Source of the DNA: Okeania sp.
GTDB lineage: Bacteria; Cyanobacteriota; Cyanobacteriia; Cyanobacteriales; Microcoleaceae
Assembly (NCBI RefSeq): GCF_035285525.1
Contig: NZ_JAYKGW010000158.1
Span: 1-14,855, forward strand
Length of the DNA: 14,855 nucleotides
Direction: 5' to 3'
The position numbers and the translations under genes are program-made. A model generated the notes under the pieces. That model ran no database searches. It was not told the DNA's origin and was given only the letters and a program-made list of their open reading frames with translations. This document shows positions 1-8,540 of the stretch, one piece after another; position 1 is the stretch's first letter; each line of letters begins with the position of its first letter.

Positions 1-10
1 CACGAACGCT

Positions 11-115
11 ATTGGTAGGGTGCGTTTTGCGTTCCGCAAAGCTCCGCTTTATATGTCGGCTCAAGCGCCGAAACGCTGCGCGACATGAAAAGCGCACAAC
101 GCACAACGCACCAAT
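11..115. repeat. GC-rich MITE-like dispersed element with imperfect inverted ends, carrying the GCTGCGCGACATGAAAAGCG core (71-94)
   Basis: ATTGGTAGGGTGCGTT (11-26) is an imperfect inverted match to AACGCACCAAT (105-115). The core motif recurs at 1466-1492, 1710-1766, 3224-3266 and 10975-11027. Locally much more GC-rich than its surroundings. Confidence 0.4.
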
Positions 116-213
116 ACTCTATATATATTGCCTCCCGTGTAATTCCTGATATAATTAAAATTTATGAAGATTTCTAATATTACTTCCTATCCCATCTTTT
201 CTAAATAAGTTTA

Positions 214-1338
214 ATGAATCAATACTATGCCAAGGTAGCTAAAGGTTTAGAAAATATTGCTGCCCAAGAATTAGAAAGTTTAGGCGCTCAAAATATCTCT
301 CCAGAATTTACGGGGGTAAGTTTTACAGGGGATAAAACTTTACTTTATAAAGTTAATCTTTGGGCAAGAACTATTTTTAGGGTATTAGTTCCGATTGCAG
401 AAGTTAGATGTGTTAACCGAGACGTTTTATTTAATGAAGTTAAAAAAATTCCTTGGCAGCGTTATATTTCTCCTAAAAATACATTGGCAGTTCACTGTAC
501 TGGAAATAATGATAAATTAAAGCATACCCATTATACTGCTCTACAAATAAAAAATGCTATTACTGAGCAACAAATGGAAAAATTTCGCTACAGATCGAAT
601 ATTGATACTAAAAATCCAGAGATATTAATTAATGCTCATATTGAAGATAAAAATTGTATTCTTAGTTTAGATAGTTCTGGTAGTAGTTTACATCAACGTG
701 GTTATCGTTTGGCAATGGGTTTTGCTCCTCTAAAAGAAACTTTAGCAGCAGCTTTATTGGAAATGGCAGAATATTCTCCAGATTTACCTTTTTTAGATCC
801 TTTATGTGGTTCAGGAACTTTACCTCTGGAGGCGAGTTTAAAAGCATTAAATATTGCACCGGGATTGTTTAAAAATAAGTTTGCTTTTATGAACTGGCGT
901 GATTTTGATGAGTCTATTTGGGAAGATTTATTAGCAGAAGCTAAGAGTAGTCAATTAACTGAATTAAAATCAATAATTGTGGGAAGTGACAAAAATTCAG
1001 AAGTGCTTTTTCAGGCTCGTAGTAATGCGAAAAAATGTGGGGTTGCAGATAAAATTAAGTTTATGGAAACAGATTTATCTAATATAGAACCTCCGGCAGA
1101 AAAAGGAATTATTATTTGTAATCCTCCTTATGGGGAACGTTTAGGAGAAGTGGAAGAATTGGGTAAATTATATAAAATGTTGGGGGATATTTTTAAACAA
1201 CGTTTTACTGGTTGGACGGCTTTTATTTTGACAGGAAGTAAACAATTATCTAAACAGGTGGGGTTAAGAACTTCTGGCAGGATTCCTGTTTATAATGGTC
1301 CGATATCTTGTACTTTATTAAAGTATGAATTGTATTAA
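214..1338 (+). CDS. THUMP domain-containing class I SAM-dependent RNA methyltransferase (RlmL N-terminal-half-like, UPF0020 methylase)
   Basis: 374-aa ORF. The N-terminus MNQYYAKVAKGLENIAAQELESLGA is typical of THUMP-methylases. SAM-binding DPLCGSGT and catalytic NPPYGERLG motifs are present. Confidence 0.85.
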   Translation: MNQYYAKVAKGLENIAAQELESLGAQNISPEFTGVSFTGDKTLLYKVNLWARTIFRVLVPIAEVRCVNRDVLFNEVKKIPWQRYISPKNTLAVHCTGNNDKLKHTHYTALQIKNAITEQQMEKFRYRSNIDTKNPEILINAHIEDKNCILSLDSSGSSLHQRGYRLAMGFAPLKETLAAALLEMAEYSPDLPFLDPLCGSGTLPLEASLKALNIAPGLFKNKFAFMNWRDFDESIWEDLLAEAKSSQLTELKSIIVGSDKNSEVLFQARSNAKKCGVADKIKFMETDLSNIEPPAEKGIIICNPPYGERLGEVEELGKLYKMLGDIFKQRFTGWTAFILTGSKQLSKQVGLRTSGRIPVYNGPISCTLLKYELY

Positions 1339-1341
1339 TTT

Positions 1342-1373
1342 TAGGGAGTAGGGAGTAGGGAGTAGGCAGTAGG
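1342..1373. repeat. Heptamer tandem repeat (TAGGGAG x ~4.5), STRR-like
   Basis: tagggag tagggag tagggag taggcag tagg, starting 4 nt after the stop of the methyltransferase gene. The reverse-complement array lies at 1851-1883. Confidence 0.85.
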
Positions 1374-1709
1374 TCAATAATGGATAATTGATAATTACCT
1401 CTCTCTAAAATAAGGAGGATTGAATAAAAGGAAAAAATTTATTTCTCAAGGGGAGATTAGATATGGCGTTTCGCTGCGCGACATGAAAAGCGAAGTGGCT
1501 CTGTAATAGTGGGAAACCTGGCCATATCGCCCTTCGAGAAGCTCCGCTGATGACCGCTTTTTCCCCTTTAAAGGGGAGGCTTCAAGGCGCGAATTATTTA
1601 ATTATTTAATTATTAATTATTCGGTAAGAGATTGTTCAGAAAAATGTAGGAAAAAGTTTTTGACTTTGACTTTTGCAATATCACAGCTAATCAATATTTT
1701 TTAGATAAG

Positions 1710-1766
1710 GTAGGGACGTTTTGCTGCGCAACATGAAACGTATTTTTGTCGGTGCAACGTCCCTAC
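1710..1766. repeat. 57-bp hairpin dispersed repeat (GTAGGGACGTT ... AACGTCCCTAC) containing the GCTGCGCAACATGAAACG core
   Basis: Perfect 11-bp terminal inverted repeats. About 90% identical by eye to the reverse complement of 10975-11027. A short form occurs at 5158-5185. Confidence 0.8.
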
Positions 1767-1850
1767 GTCTGATTTGATCAATATTATGGTAAATTTATTA
1801 CAGGTAAGATGCCTGTGTTACTTTGTCAAAAATCTACTCTTGTAAACTAT

Positions 1851-1883
1851 TCCCTACTCACTACTCTCTACTCCCTACTCCCT
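1851..1883. repeat. Heptamer tandem repeat (CTCCCTA-type, degenerate), inverse of the 1342-1373 array
   Basis: tcccta ctcacta ctctcta ctcccta ctccct. It sits immediately upstream of the ATG at 1890. Confidence 0.8.
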
Positions 1884-1889
1884 GAAAAA

Positions 1890-2816
1890 ATGAATAATCA
1901 AAAAGATTGGCAAGTTAAAAATTTAGAAGCTATTCGGCAAAGAATTGATTGGCTTCATAAACAACCTGATGGAGTAATTTTTTCTCAACCTTCTGGCATA
2001 CATTTTTTAATGATAAAAAAGGTTAAATTCATCATTCAGTTAGTATTAGTGGAGCAAGTAACTTTAAAAATGAATTGGGTTCAATCTATACTTAATTTGA
2101 ATGATCCTACATATTTAATTTTTCCTTATACTCAGGCAATGATGTTAGGTTTTCTGTGGAATAGTCAACCTCAAAAAGTTTATCTTGCAGGTTTTGGTGG
2201 GGGTAGTATTGCTCAAGTTTTGCATCATTATTTTCCAGATGTAACTATAGAATGTACAGAAGTAGATGCTAATGTTTTAGAAATTGCTCAGAAATTTTTT
2301 GGGGTAAAATTAAATGAAAGATTACAGGTGAAAATTCAAGATGGTAGAGAATATTTAGAACAAAAAAATCACCAGGATAAGTATGATATGATAATGATTG
2401 ATGTGGCTTTTGGTAATGGTTATATGTCTTATAATTTAGCCACTCAAGAGTTTTATGAACTGTGCGATCGCTATTTATCAAAATCTGGAGTTATAGTTGT
2501 TAATACATTAAAAAGTAATGGTTTTGAAGCGGAATATGTGAAAACTATTAAAGCTGTTTTTCCATCTATTTATATCTGCCATACTAGCGGTAAAAATACT
2601 ATTATTATTGGTACTCGTGATGTTTTTTTGACTCCAGCAGAAATTAGAGAAAAGGCTAAATTTATACAAAATTATTATCAGTTTTCCTTCCCCTTGGTAG
2701 ATAGGGCAAATGATTTAAAAATTCTTGATGAATTACCAAATTTAGATTTAGAAAAAGTGTCAATTTTGCACGATAATGTTTCGCCTGGTAATTATTTTGA
2801 TTCTTGGTTATTTTAA
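1890..2816 (+). CDS. Spermidine synthase-like class I SAM-dependent methyltransferase-fold protein
   Basis: Motifs VYLAGFGGGSIAQ...ECTEVDANVLEIAQKFFG, DGREYL and YDMIMIDV match the spermidine/spermine synthase fold. I prefer the ATG at 1890 (MNNQKDW...) because the ORF-track start at 1809 reads through the heptamer repeat array. Confidence 0.75.
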   Translation: MNNQKDWQVKNLEAIRQRIDWLHKQPDGVIFSQPSGIHFLMIKKVKFIIQLVLVEQVTLKMNWVQSILNLNDPTYLIFPYTQAMMLGFLWNSQPQKVYLAGFGGGSIAQVLHHYFPDVTIECTEVDANVLEIAQKFFGVKLNERLQVKIQDGREYLEQKNHQDKYDMIMIDVAFGNGYMSYNLATQEFYELCDRYLSKSGVIVVNTLKSNGFEAEYVKTIKAVFPSIYICHTSGKNTIIIGTRDVFLTPAEIREKAKFIQNYYQFSFPLVDRANDLKILDELPNLDLEKVSILHDNVSPGNYFDSWLF

Positions 2817-2818
2817 TA

Positions 2819-3034
2819 AGGACTTACGCAGAAACTGGGTTGATCAACAAAATCTCGTGGTTTGAACTGAACTCAGAAACCCGGTTTGAACTGAACCCAG
2901 AAACCCGGTTTGAACTGAACCCAGAAACCCGGTTTCTTGAAGAAACCGGGTTTCTTTGCGTAAGTCATATTTTGAACTGAACCCAGAAACCCGGTTTGAA
3001 CTGAACCCAGAAACTGGGTTTCTTTGCGTAAGTC
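2819..3034. repeat. Composite MITE-like element with inverted ends and internal 24-bp tandem repeats
   Basis: The ends are AGGACTTACGCA (2819-2830) and TGCGTAAGTC (2957-2966, repeated at 3025-3034). The 24-mer tttgaactgaacccagaaacccgg occurs 5 times (2861-2932 and 2971-3018). A 15-bp-stem hairpin agaaacccggtttct/tga/agaaaccgggtttct spans 2923-2955. A sibling element lies at 8541-8695. Confidence 0.8.
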
Positions 3035-3289
3035 ATATTAATAAAAAAGTAAGAAGCAATAGAGAATTTACTGACAGCGCGATCGCGCTTATGTGTGAAT
3101 CCTAATAATATTAGGACTTACCCATGAACGCTACTGGACAGTTTAATCAGGATATGTTGGAGGTTTCACTATAGAGACGTTTTCTGCTAAGAGCGGACAT
3201 GTTTGCGGAGTAGTCTGTCAGGATAACGCTACGGGACATGAAACGCATTTTTGTTATACAACATCCAGACAAGGAGTTTTCACGCATTT

Positions 3290-3520
3290 ATATCATGTCC
3301 GGTTGAATAGTTATCAGGGTAGTCAACCCACCCCTAACCCCTCTCAGGAGGGGAACAGGAGAAAATTTTTTTTATCACTAGACATCTGCAAAAATAAAAA
3401 ATCAAATCAATTCTTATCCATAAATTATCAATTATTTCTTCCTTTTCCCTGTTCCCACATATCTAGTGTTCCCTGTTCCCTCTTTTCTGGAGATGTCTAC
3501 TAATTATCCGGACATGATAT
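3290..3520. repeat. 231-bp MITE-like element with perfect 13-bp terminal inverted repeats (ATATCATGTCCGG / CCGGACATGATAT)
   Basis: TIRs lie at 3290-3302 and 3508-3520. The internal motif tcaattatt...ttccctgttccctct recurs at 10775-10815. Confidence 0.7.
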
Positions 3521-3529
3521 TAGTCAGAT

Positions 3530-3572
3530 AAACCCGCCCCATAATATAAGCCGCAGTCTCAGGGGCGGGTTT
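3530..3572. repeat. Hairpin AAACCCGCCCC-N21-GGGGCGGGTTT, with a third half-site at 3610-3621
   Basis: Perfect 11-bp inverted repeat read directly. aaacccgcccct recurs about 40 bp downstream. Confidence 0.6.
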
Positions 3573-3748
3573 ATATAAATGCTAGAGTAAGCATGAAAAT
3601 TTCCTGAGAAACCCGCCCCTACCCCATGTACTATTTTAGGTCAGTTCATTACTAATAGCTGTTAATTACCCTCATGGGTAAGTCCTGTTGTATGATAAAA
3701 TACGATATATATTCTCTCATTAATGAGGCAAACTGAAATTAATTAAAC

Positions 3749-5059
3749 ATGGCAATAAACCAAGAATATAAACAACGACGGCAAAAATTAATGGCAAAAA
3801 TTGGCAGTGGTACGGCTATTTTTAGAAGTGCGCCAATGGCTGTTATGCACAATGATGTAGAATATGCTTATCGTCAAGATAGTGATTTTTTTTATTTAAC
3901 AGGTTTTAATGAACCAGAAGCGGTGGCAGTTATTGCTCCTCACCATGAAAAGCATAAATTTGTTTTGTTTGTGCGACCAAAAGATGTGGAAAAAGAAACT
4001 TGGAGTGGTTATCGGGTTGGTGTGGAAGCTGCTAAAGAAAAGTACGGTGCAGATGCAGCTTTTTCTATTGATCAATTAAATCAAAAATTGCCGGAATATT
4101 TGAAAAAGGCGGATAAAATTTATTATCGTTGGGGACGCGATCGCAATTTTAATGACACAGTATTTAGACATTGGCAAAATTTGATGCGAGTGTATCCAAA
4201 ATATGGCACTGGTCCGATTGCAATTCAAGATGCAGGCACAATTTTACATCCAATGCGTCTGATTAAAAGTGATGTGGAATTGGCACAAATGCGGAAAGCT
4301 GCTGATATTGCAGTTGATGCTCATAATCATGCTATGAAGTTTGCTGAAGTGGGAAAGTTTGAATATCAAATTCAAGCGGAAATGGAGTATATATTTTCTC
4401 GTCAAGGAGCTACTCCTGCTTATCCTTCTATTGTTGCTTCGGGTGCTAATTCTTGCATTCTTCATTACATAGAAAATAATCGGCAAATGCGAGAAAATGA
4501 TTTGTTATTAATTGATGCTGGAGCTGCTTATAATTATTATAATTCTGATATTACTAGAACTTTTCCTATTAGTGGGAAATTTACACCGGAACAAAAGATT
4601 ATTTATGAGTTAGTTTTAAAGGCGCAGTTAGCAGCAATTGAACAGGTAAAACCAGGAAATGCTTATCAAGAAATTCATGATAAAGCAGTACGAGTTTTAG
4701 TGGAAGGATTAATAGATTTAAAAATGTTAAAAGGTAATATTGATGAAATAATTGAAAAGGAAAAATATAAGCCTTTTTATATGCACAGAACAGGACATTG
4801 GTTAGGTCTTGATGTGCATGATGTGGGTGTTTATCAATGGGGAGAAGAACCGCAAAATTTACAACCAGGACAGGTATTAACTGTGGAACCTGGTATTTAT
4901 ATTAATCCTAATATTAAACCAGTGGCAGGTCAACCAGAAGTATACGATCGTTGGCGAGGAATTGGAATCAGAATTGAGGATGATGTTTTGGTTACGGAGG
5001 AAGGATATGAGGTATTAACTGCTGGAGTTCCTAAGTCAGTTGAGGAGTTAGAAAGGTAA
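3749..5059 (+). CDS. pepP: Xaa-Pro aminopeptidase (M24B family, AMP_N + prolidase domains)
   Basis: 436-aa ORF. The M24B metal-ligand context is present: LIDAGAAYNYYNSDITRT, HRTGHWLGLDVHD, EPGIY, IRIEDDVLVT. Confidence 0.9.
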   Translation: MAINQEYKQRRQKLMAKIGSGTAIFRSAPMAVMHNDVEYAYRQDSDFFYLTGFNEPEAVAVIAPHHEKHKFVLFVRPKDVEKETWSGYRVGVEAAKEKYGADAAFSIDQLNQKLPEYLKKADKIYYRWGRDRNFNDTVFRHWQNLMRVYPKYGTGPIAIQDAGTILHPMRLIKSDVELAQMRKAADIAVDAHNHAMKFAEVGKFEYQIQAEMEYIFSRQGATPAYPSIVASGANSCILHYIENNRQMRENDLLLIDAGAAYNYYNSDITRTFPISGKFTPEQKIIYELVLKAQLAAIEQVKPGNAYQEIHDKAVRVLVEGLIDLKMLKGNIDEIIEKEKYKPFYMHRTGHWLGLDVHDVGVYQWGEEPQNLQPGQVLTVEPGIYINPNIKPVAGQPEVYDRWRGIGIRIEDDVLVTEEGYEVLTAGVPKSVEELER

Positions 5060-5157
5060 GCATTTACCTATTAGCTTTTTTGGCTTACTATAATAGAAAA
5101 ATCACTCTTACTATTTTTCCGACTACTTCCTATATAACTCCCATTATTCTTGGTTTT

Positions 5158-5185
5158 GTAGGGACGTTGTATGTAACGTCCCTAC
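5158..5185. repeat. Short form of the GTAGGGACGTT/AACGTCCCTAC hairpin repeat
   Basis: gtagggacgtt-gtatgt-aacgtccctac. It lies about 100 bp downstream of pepP and has no trailing T-tract. Confidence 0.75.
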
Positions 5186-5390
5186 TCTCTACCTCAAAAG
5201 AAGGCAAAAATTAAAATTTGATGATATTTTTGAGAGTTATTATTTTAAATTATTATAGTATTAGGTGGATTGAATTTACTAACAAATAGAGATAGGAAAT
5301 TTTCATTTCCTAAGCATTTTCTAGTATTTAGGTTAGTGGCAAATCTGTAAATTTCTAATTAATCAAAAATCATAAATTAGGAGAAAAAAA

Positions 5391-5915
5391 ATGAAGTTTG
5401 GCAATCTTGCTAAAATTGTGGCTGGTGTTGCTGGTGTGGCTGCGACAGGTTATGGTGTAAAAAAAGCTGCAGATTATTTCCAGAATCGCGGTCAAGAAGA
5501 GCATGATCCAGAAACAAGTGAAGAGCATGAAGTTGAGCTAGAGTCTGATGATATTGCTTTTGCAACTGTGGAACCTGAGTCGGTACAACCTTTCCTTGAT
5601 AATAGTTTTGGTGCAGAAGGTCGTTATGTTCCTACTCGTCCACCAAAAGTATTTGAATATCAAGAGCAACAATATATGGTGATTTGGACTTATGATAATG
5701 AGAAGGAAAAAAATCAATTGATGGCTTTTAAGTGTTCTGAGGATGGTCGCCACATGGTTGCTAGTGTAGGATATACTGCTGATGCTACTGACTATAATGT
5801 TAATTTGGATGGCACAAATTTAGCTGTGGAAATTAGTGGTAATGGGGAACAAATTACATCTGGTCAAGGTGAAACTGATGGTACAGATGAGGTTGATTTA
5901 GTTCCTGTTGGTTAA
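5391..5915 (+). CDS. Hypothetical acidic protein with an N-terminal hydrophobic anchor or signal
   Basis: 174-aa ORF with a strong SD (AGGAG at 5379-5383, 7 nt before the ATG). The N-terminus is LAKIVAGVAGVAATGYGV. The remainder is rich in D/E. I recognise no family. Confidence 0.65.
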   Translation: MKFGNLAKIVAGVAGVAATGYGVKKAADYFQNRGQEEHDPETSEEHEVELESDDIAFATVEPESVQPFLDNSFGAEGRYVPTRPPKVFEYQEQQYMVIWTYDNEKEKNQLMAFKCSEDGRHMVASVGYTADATDYNVNLDGTNLAVEISGNGEQITSGQGETDGTDEVDLVPVG

Positions 5916-6176
5916 TTTATACCAGAAGGCAGAGAGAGAGGGAGTCCCCCCTATCCCTCTTTGAAAGGGGGGGGGAGGCAGAAGGAAAAATATTGCTTTG
6001 TCTGGGTTTTAGGCTTTTGATGAGTCCTAACCGCCTTGGCAGTTGCTATAACTAGGGGTTGCTGAAAAAATTTTTTTGCCAAGGCAGAAGCCAGAATCCA
6101 GCAATCCTGCAAGTCAGAAGGAATCAGAATTATAGAACAATGTAGTCAAAATATCATCTCTTGATTTTCAGTCCCT

Positions 6177-6209
6177 ATCTTGCCAAAAAGTTAGGATTTT
6201 TGGCAAGAT
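6177..6209. repeat. Perfect 12-bp-stem hairpin (ATCTTGCCAAAA / TTTTGGCAAGAT, 8-nt loop)
   Basis: Read directly. It lies inside the 685-bp gene-free region. Related TGCCAAGGC/GCCTTGGCA half-sites lie at 6034-6090. Confidence 0.6.
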
Positions 6210-6367
6210 AGGCTTAAAAAGTTGTACTTTTTCCCAACTTGAAAAGGCTAAAATATTTACCAGTAAAAGCTTTGAGATTTAATCAGCAAACCCTAACTAT
6301 AGTTGTCAAAAATTTGGTAAGTTTTCAACTAGGTTTTGGCAATATTTAATAATTGTATTTGTACAAG

Positions 6368-6400
6368 AAAATCTGCTCAGTTTAGAGCAGATTTTTATTA
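6368..6400 (+). terminator. Candidate rho-independent terminator
   Basis: Stem aaaatctgctc (6368-6378) pairs with gagcagatttt (6385-6395) around loop agttta, followed by a T/A-rich tail (tatta, 6396-6400). On the minus strand the stem is followed by tttcttgt. It could serve the convergent genes at 5391-5915 (+) and 6601-7299 (-). Confidence 0.5.
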
Positions 6401-6444
6401 TTAATTTGACGATTGAAACTTATATAAAATCCAATTTAACAGTT

Positions 6445-6543
6445 GTCATTGCGACGATAGGAAGCAACCTCAGTGTGCCCCTAAGATTGCTATCCTTACA
6501 GAATGCTGCGCAAACCTTTTACTTTTTTTTCAGTCGCAATGAC
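6445..6543. repeat. 99-bp element bounded by perfect 11-bp inverted repeats (GTCATTGCGAC / GTCGCAATGAC)
   Basis: Inverted repeats at 6445-6455 and 6533-6543 read directly. The interior contains gaatgctgcgcaaacc, which resembles the GCTGCGC core. Confidence 0.6.
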
Positions 6544-6600
6544 TTGGATATATTAATTATCAAGTTTTAGTTTATAAATCTGGTTTCTGCATAAGTCCTG

Positions 6601-7299
6601 TTAGATAAATTTAAAACAGTCTAGAAGATTGGCAAACTGATTTAATTCTGGCTGTGAAGGAGCATTTCTATTCAGCCAAAATGCTTTGATTCCTACATTA
6701 TTTGCACCTTGATAATCAGCAGTAAAACTATCTCCAATATGTACAGTTTCTTCAATAGTACAATCACATTTTTGTAAGGCAGCAGTAAAGATTTTACTAT
6801 CAGGTTTAGCTGCTCCTACTTCTGTAGAAATAGTCACATTATCAAAAAATTCTGCTAATTCTAATGCTGTTAAAACTGGATAAAGTCGGGAATCAAAATT
6901 AGATAAAACTGCTAATTTAATTCCACTTTTCTGCCACTTAGTTAAGGCAGGTTTCACATCAGGATAAACAAACCAAGGTGCAGCGGTAGCAAAATAATTA
7001 TAGAGTTCTTGAAAGAATTGTTTAAAGTCAGAAAACTGCTCGAATACTCCTACTTTTTTATAAGTTTCAGCAGCAACTTGACACCACCACTCAAATTCTA
7101 AGTCTGGTATTTTGGCAGATTCTACTCCGGGAAATGCCATTGGTGGTGCAGTTTTAAAACTTTGAAAAAAAGCTTGATTTACAGTAGTGGGAGAAATATT
7201 TACTCCCCATTTAGTGGCAAATTGTTGATAGATTTCACCCACGCTACCACGAACACCAAACAAAGTACCGACAGCATCAAGAAAAATAATTTTAGTCAT
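6601..7299 (-). CDS. HAD-IA family hydrolase (REG-2-like subfamily)
   Basis: 232-aa ORF. Motif I is IIFLDAVGTLF, the DAVGT variant typical of REG-2-like HADs. VLSNFD (motif II) and GDSFTADYQGANNVG (motif IV) are present. Confidence 0.85.
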   Translation of the reverse strand: MTKIIFLDAVGTLFGVRGSVGEIYQQFATKWGVNISPTTVNQAFFQSFKTAPPMAFPGVESAKIPDLEFEWWCQVAAETYKKVGVFEQFSDFKQFFQELYNYFATAAPWFVYPDVKPALTKWQKSGIKLAVLSNFDSRLYPVLTALELAEFFDNVTISTEVGAAKPDSKIFTAALQKCDCTIEETVHIGDSFTADYQGANNVGIKAFWLNRNAPSQPELNQFANLLDCFKFI

Positions 7300-7316
7300 A
7301 ATTTAAGGAAATCGCT

Positions 7317-8513
7317 TTACAAACTTGAGAACATTTCTTGAATAGGATTAACTATCCAATTAAAACCAACTTTAATCTGATGTTCCAAGGTTGGCAACCG
7401 ATACAGATAAACTAAGCGCCTTGCTAAATTTGCTATCTGACCATCTAACTTAATACCTAAACTGGTAAGAGTGGCATTGTCAACTCCCAATGCCATCATT
7501 TCCCCTAATGCTTGATAACGGAATGGCAATAGAGGTCTCCCTGTCAAAGATGCCCAAATATTCCAGGCAACATAATCTGATTGTTGTATTGCTACTTGAG
7601 CAGTGGTGGGCACTTTTTGTCCGTCTGCATCTTGGCAGTCTGCTAAGTCTCCCAGGGCAAATATTTTGTTATCATTTTGTACTTGTAGAGTTGCACTGAT
7701 AATAATTTGGTCGCCCTGATTTTTGGTTAATGGTAACGACTGCACTACTGAAGCAACTTTGTTACCAACCGTCCACAAAACGATATCGACCGGAATCGTG
7801 TCAACTTGCTCTTTATATTTTAAAGAAATTTGAGTCGCTTCTATTGATTCTACTTCTGTTTCTAGATCGATCCAAATATTCCGTTGTGATAATGCTTGGG
7901 AAGCAGCTTCCCGGTTAAATTCTGGGGAGGTTCGCAAAATCATTTCATTGCGTTCGATGATTCTAATTCTACCTTTTTCTGATAAACGATCAGCTAATTT
8001 ACAAGCTAATTCTACTCCACTGTAACCACCACCAACAATAGCAATTCTAATTTTTTCCCGGTCAGATGCTTCTAAAATTCGTAATTTTTCTTGGAGACGG
8101 TAAGCATCATCAATAGTCCGAAATGGGATAGCGTATTCGGCAGCACCAGGAACAATTTCTATAGGTGTTTCACCTCCCATTGCTAAAACCAGGCGATCAT
8201 AACTGAATGCTTGACCATTTTCTAGTTTCACTTGTTGTTGGTTGATGTCAATACCGGAAACTACACCTTGACAAAAACGAATATCAGTGTCTGCTAATAA
8301 CTCAGCATAAGGTGGAGCTATTTCCCAGGTTTGGAGTTCCCCGGTGACGAGTTCGTACAATAGGGGGGCAAAAAGAAAGCGATCGCGTTGGTCTATAAGG
8401 ACTATTTCTGGTTTGTTTGATGATTCCCAGGGAAACTGGATTAAGCGGAGGGCAGTATAAAGTCCCCCAAAACCGCCACCGAGAATACAAATGCGCTGAG
8501 TTTTTTCTGTCAT
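7317..8513 (-). CDS. Type-2 NADH dehydrogenase / NAD(P)/FAD-dependent oxidoreductase (NDH-2, Ndb-like)
   Basis: 398-aa ORF with two Rossmann GxGxxG motifs: ICILGGGFGGLYTA (FAD) and IVGGGYSGVELA (NAD(P)H). FALGDLA is also present. It ends 17 nt upstream of the HAD gene, so the two likely form an operon. Confidence 0.88.
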   Translation of the reverse strand: MTEKTQRICILGGGFGGLYTALRLIQFPWESSNKPEIVLIDQRDRFLFAPLLYELVTGELQTWEIAPPYAELLADTDIRFCQGVVSGIDINQQQVKLENGQAFSYDRLVLAMGGETPIEIVPGAAEYAIPFRTIDDAYRLQEKLRILEASDREKIRIAIVGGGYSGVELACKLADRLSEKGRIRIIERNEMILRTSPEFNREAASQALSQRNIWIDLETEVESIEATQISLKYKEQVDTIPVDIVLWTVGNKVASVVQSLPLTKNQGDQIIISATLQVQNDNKIFALGDLADCQDADGQKVPTTAQVAIQQSDYVAWNIWASLTGRPLLPFRYQALGEMMALGVDNATLTSLGIKLDGQIANLARRLVYLYRLPTLEHQIKVGFNWIVNPIQEMFSSL

Positions 8514-8540
8514 AGTTAGAATAGAATATTAATTTTACTA

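Larger units (their letters stand above)
3113..3686. repeat. 574-bp segment bounded by perfect 15-bp inverted repeats (AGGACTTACCCATGA / TCATGGGTAAGTCCT), holding nested smaller repeats
   Basis: The inverted repeats at 3113-3127 and 3672-3686 were read directly. The interior holds a core-motif copy (3224-3266), the 3290-3520 element and the AAACCCGCCCC hairpin (3530-3572). Confidence 0.6.

Noticed and set aside
1809-1889. N-terminal extension of the spermidine-synthase-like ORF (start at 1809)
   Set aside because: The extension translates the CTCCCTA heptamer repeat array. The ATG at 1890 follows directly after the array and gives a plausible N-terminus. This remains unproven without orthologue comparison.
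2861-3018. A regular 24-bp repeat array that superficially looks CRISPR-like
   Set aside because: The repeats are directly contiguous, with no unique spacers between them. They sit inside an inverted-repeat-bounded MITE-like element, and no cas genes are nearby.
3303-3503. 66-aa ORF on the plus strand from the ORF track
   Set aside because: It lies entirely inside the 13-bp-TIR MITE-like element (3290-3520). It is low-complexity, repeat-derived sequence with no RBS or recognisable family.
5158-5185. GTAGGGACGTT hairpin downstream of pepP, considered as an intrinsic terminator
   Set aside because: No T-tract follows the stem, and it is a member of a dispersed repeat family. A terminator role is possible but the sequence alone does not support it.
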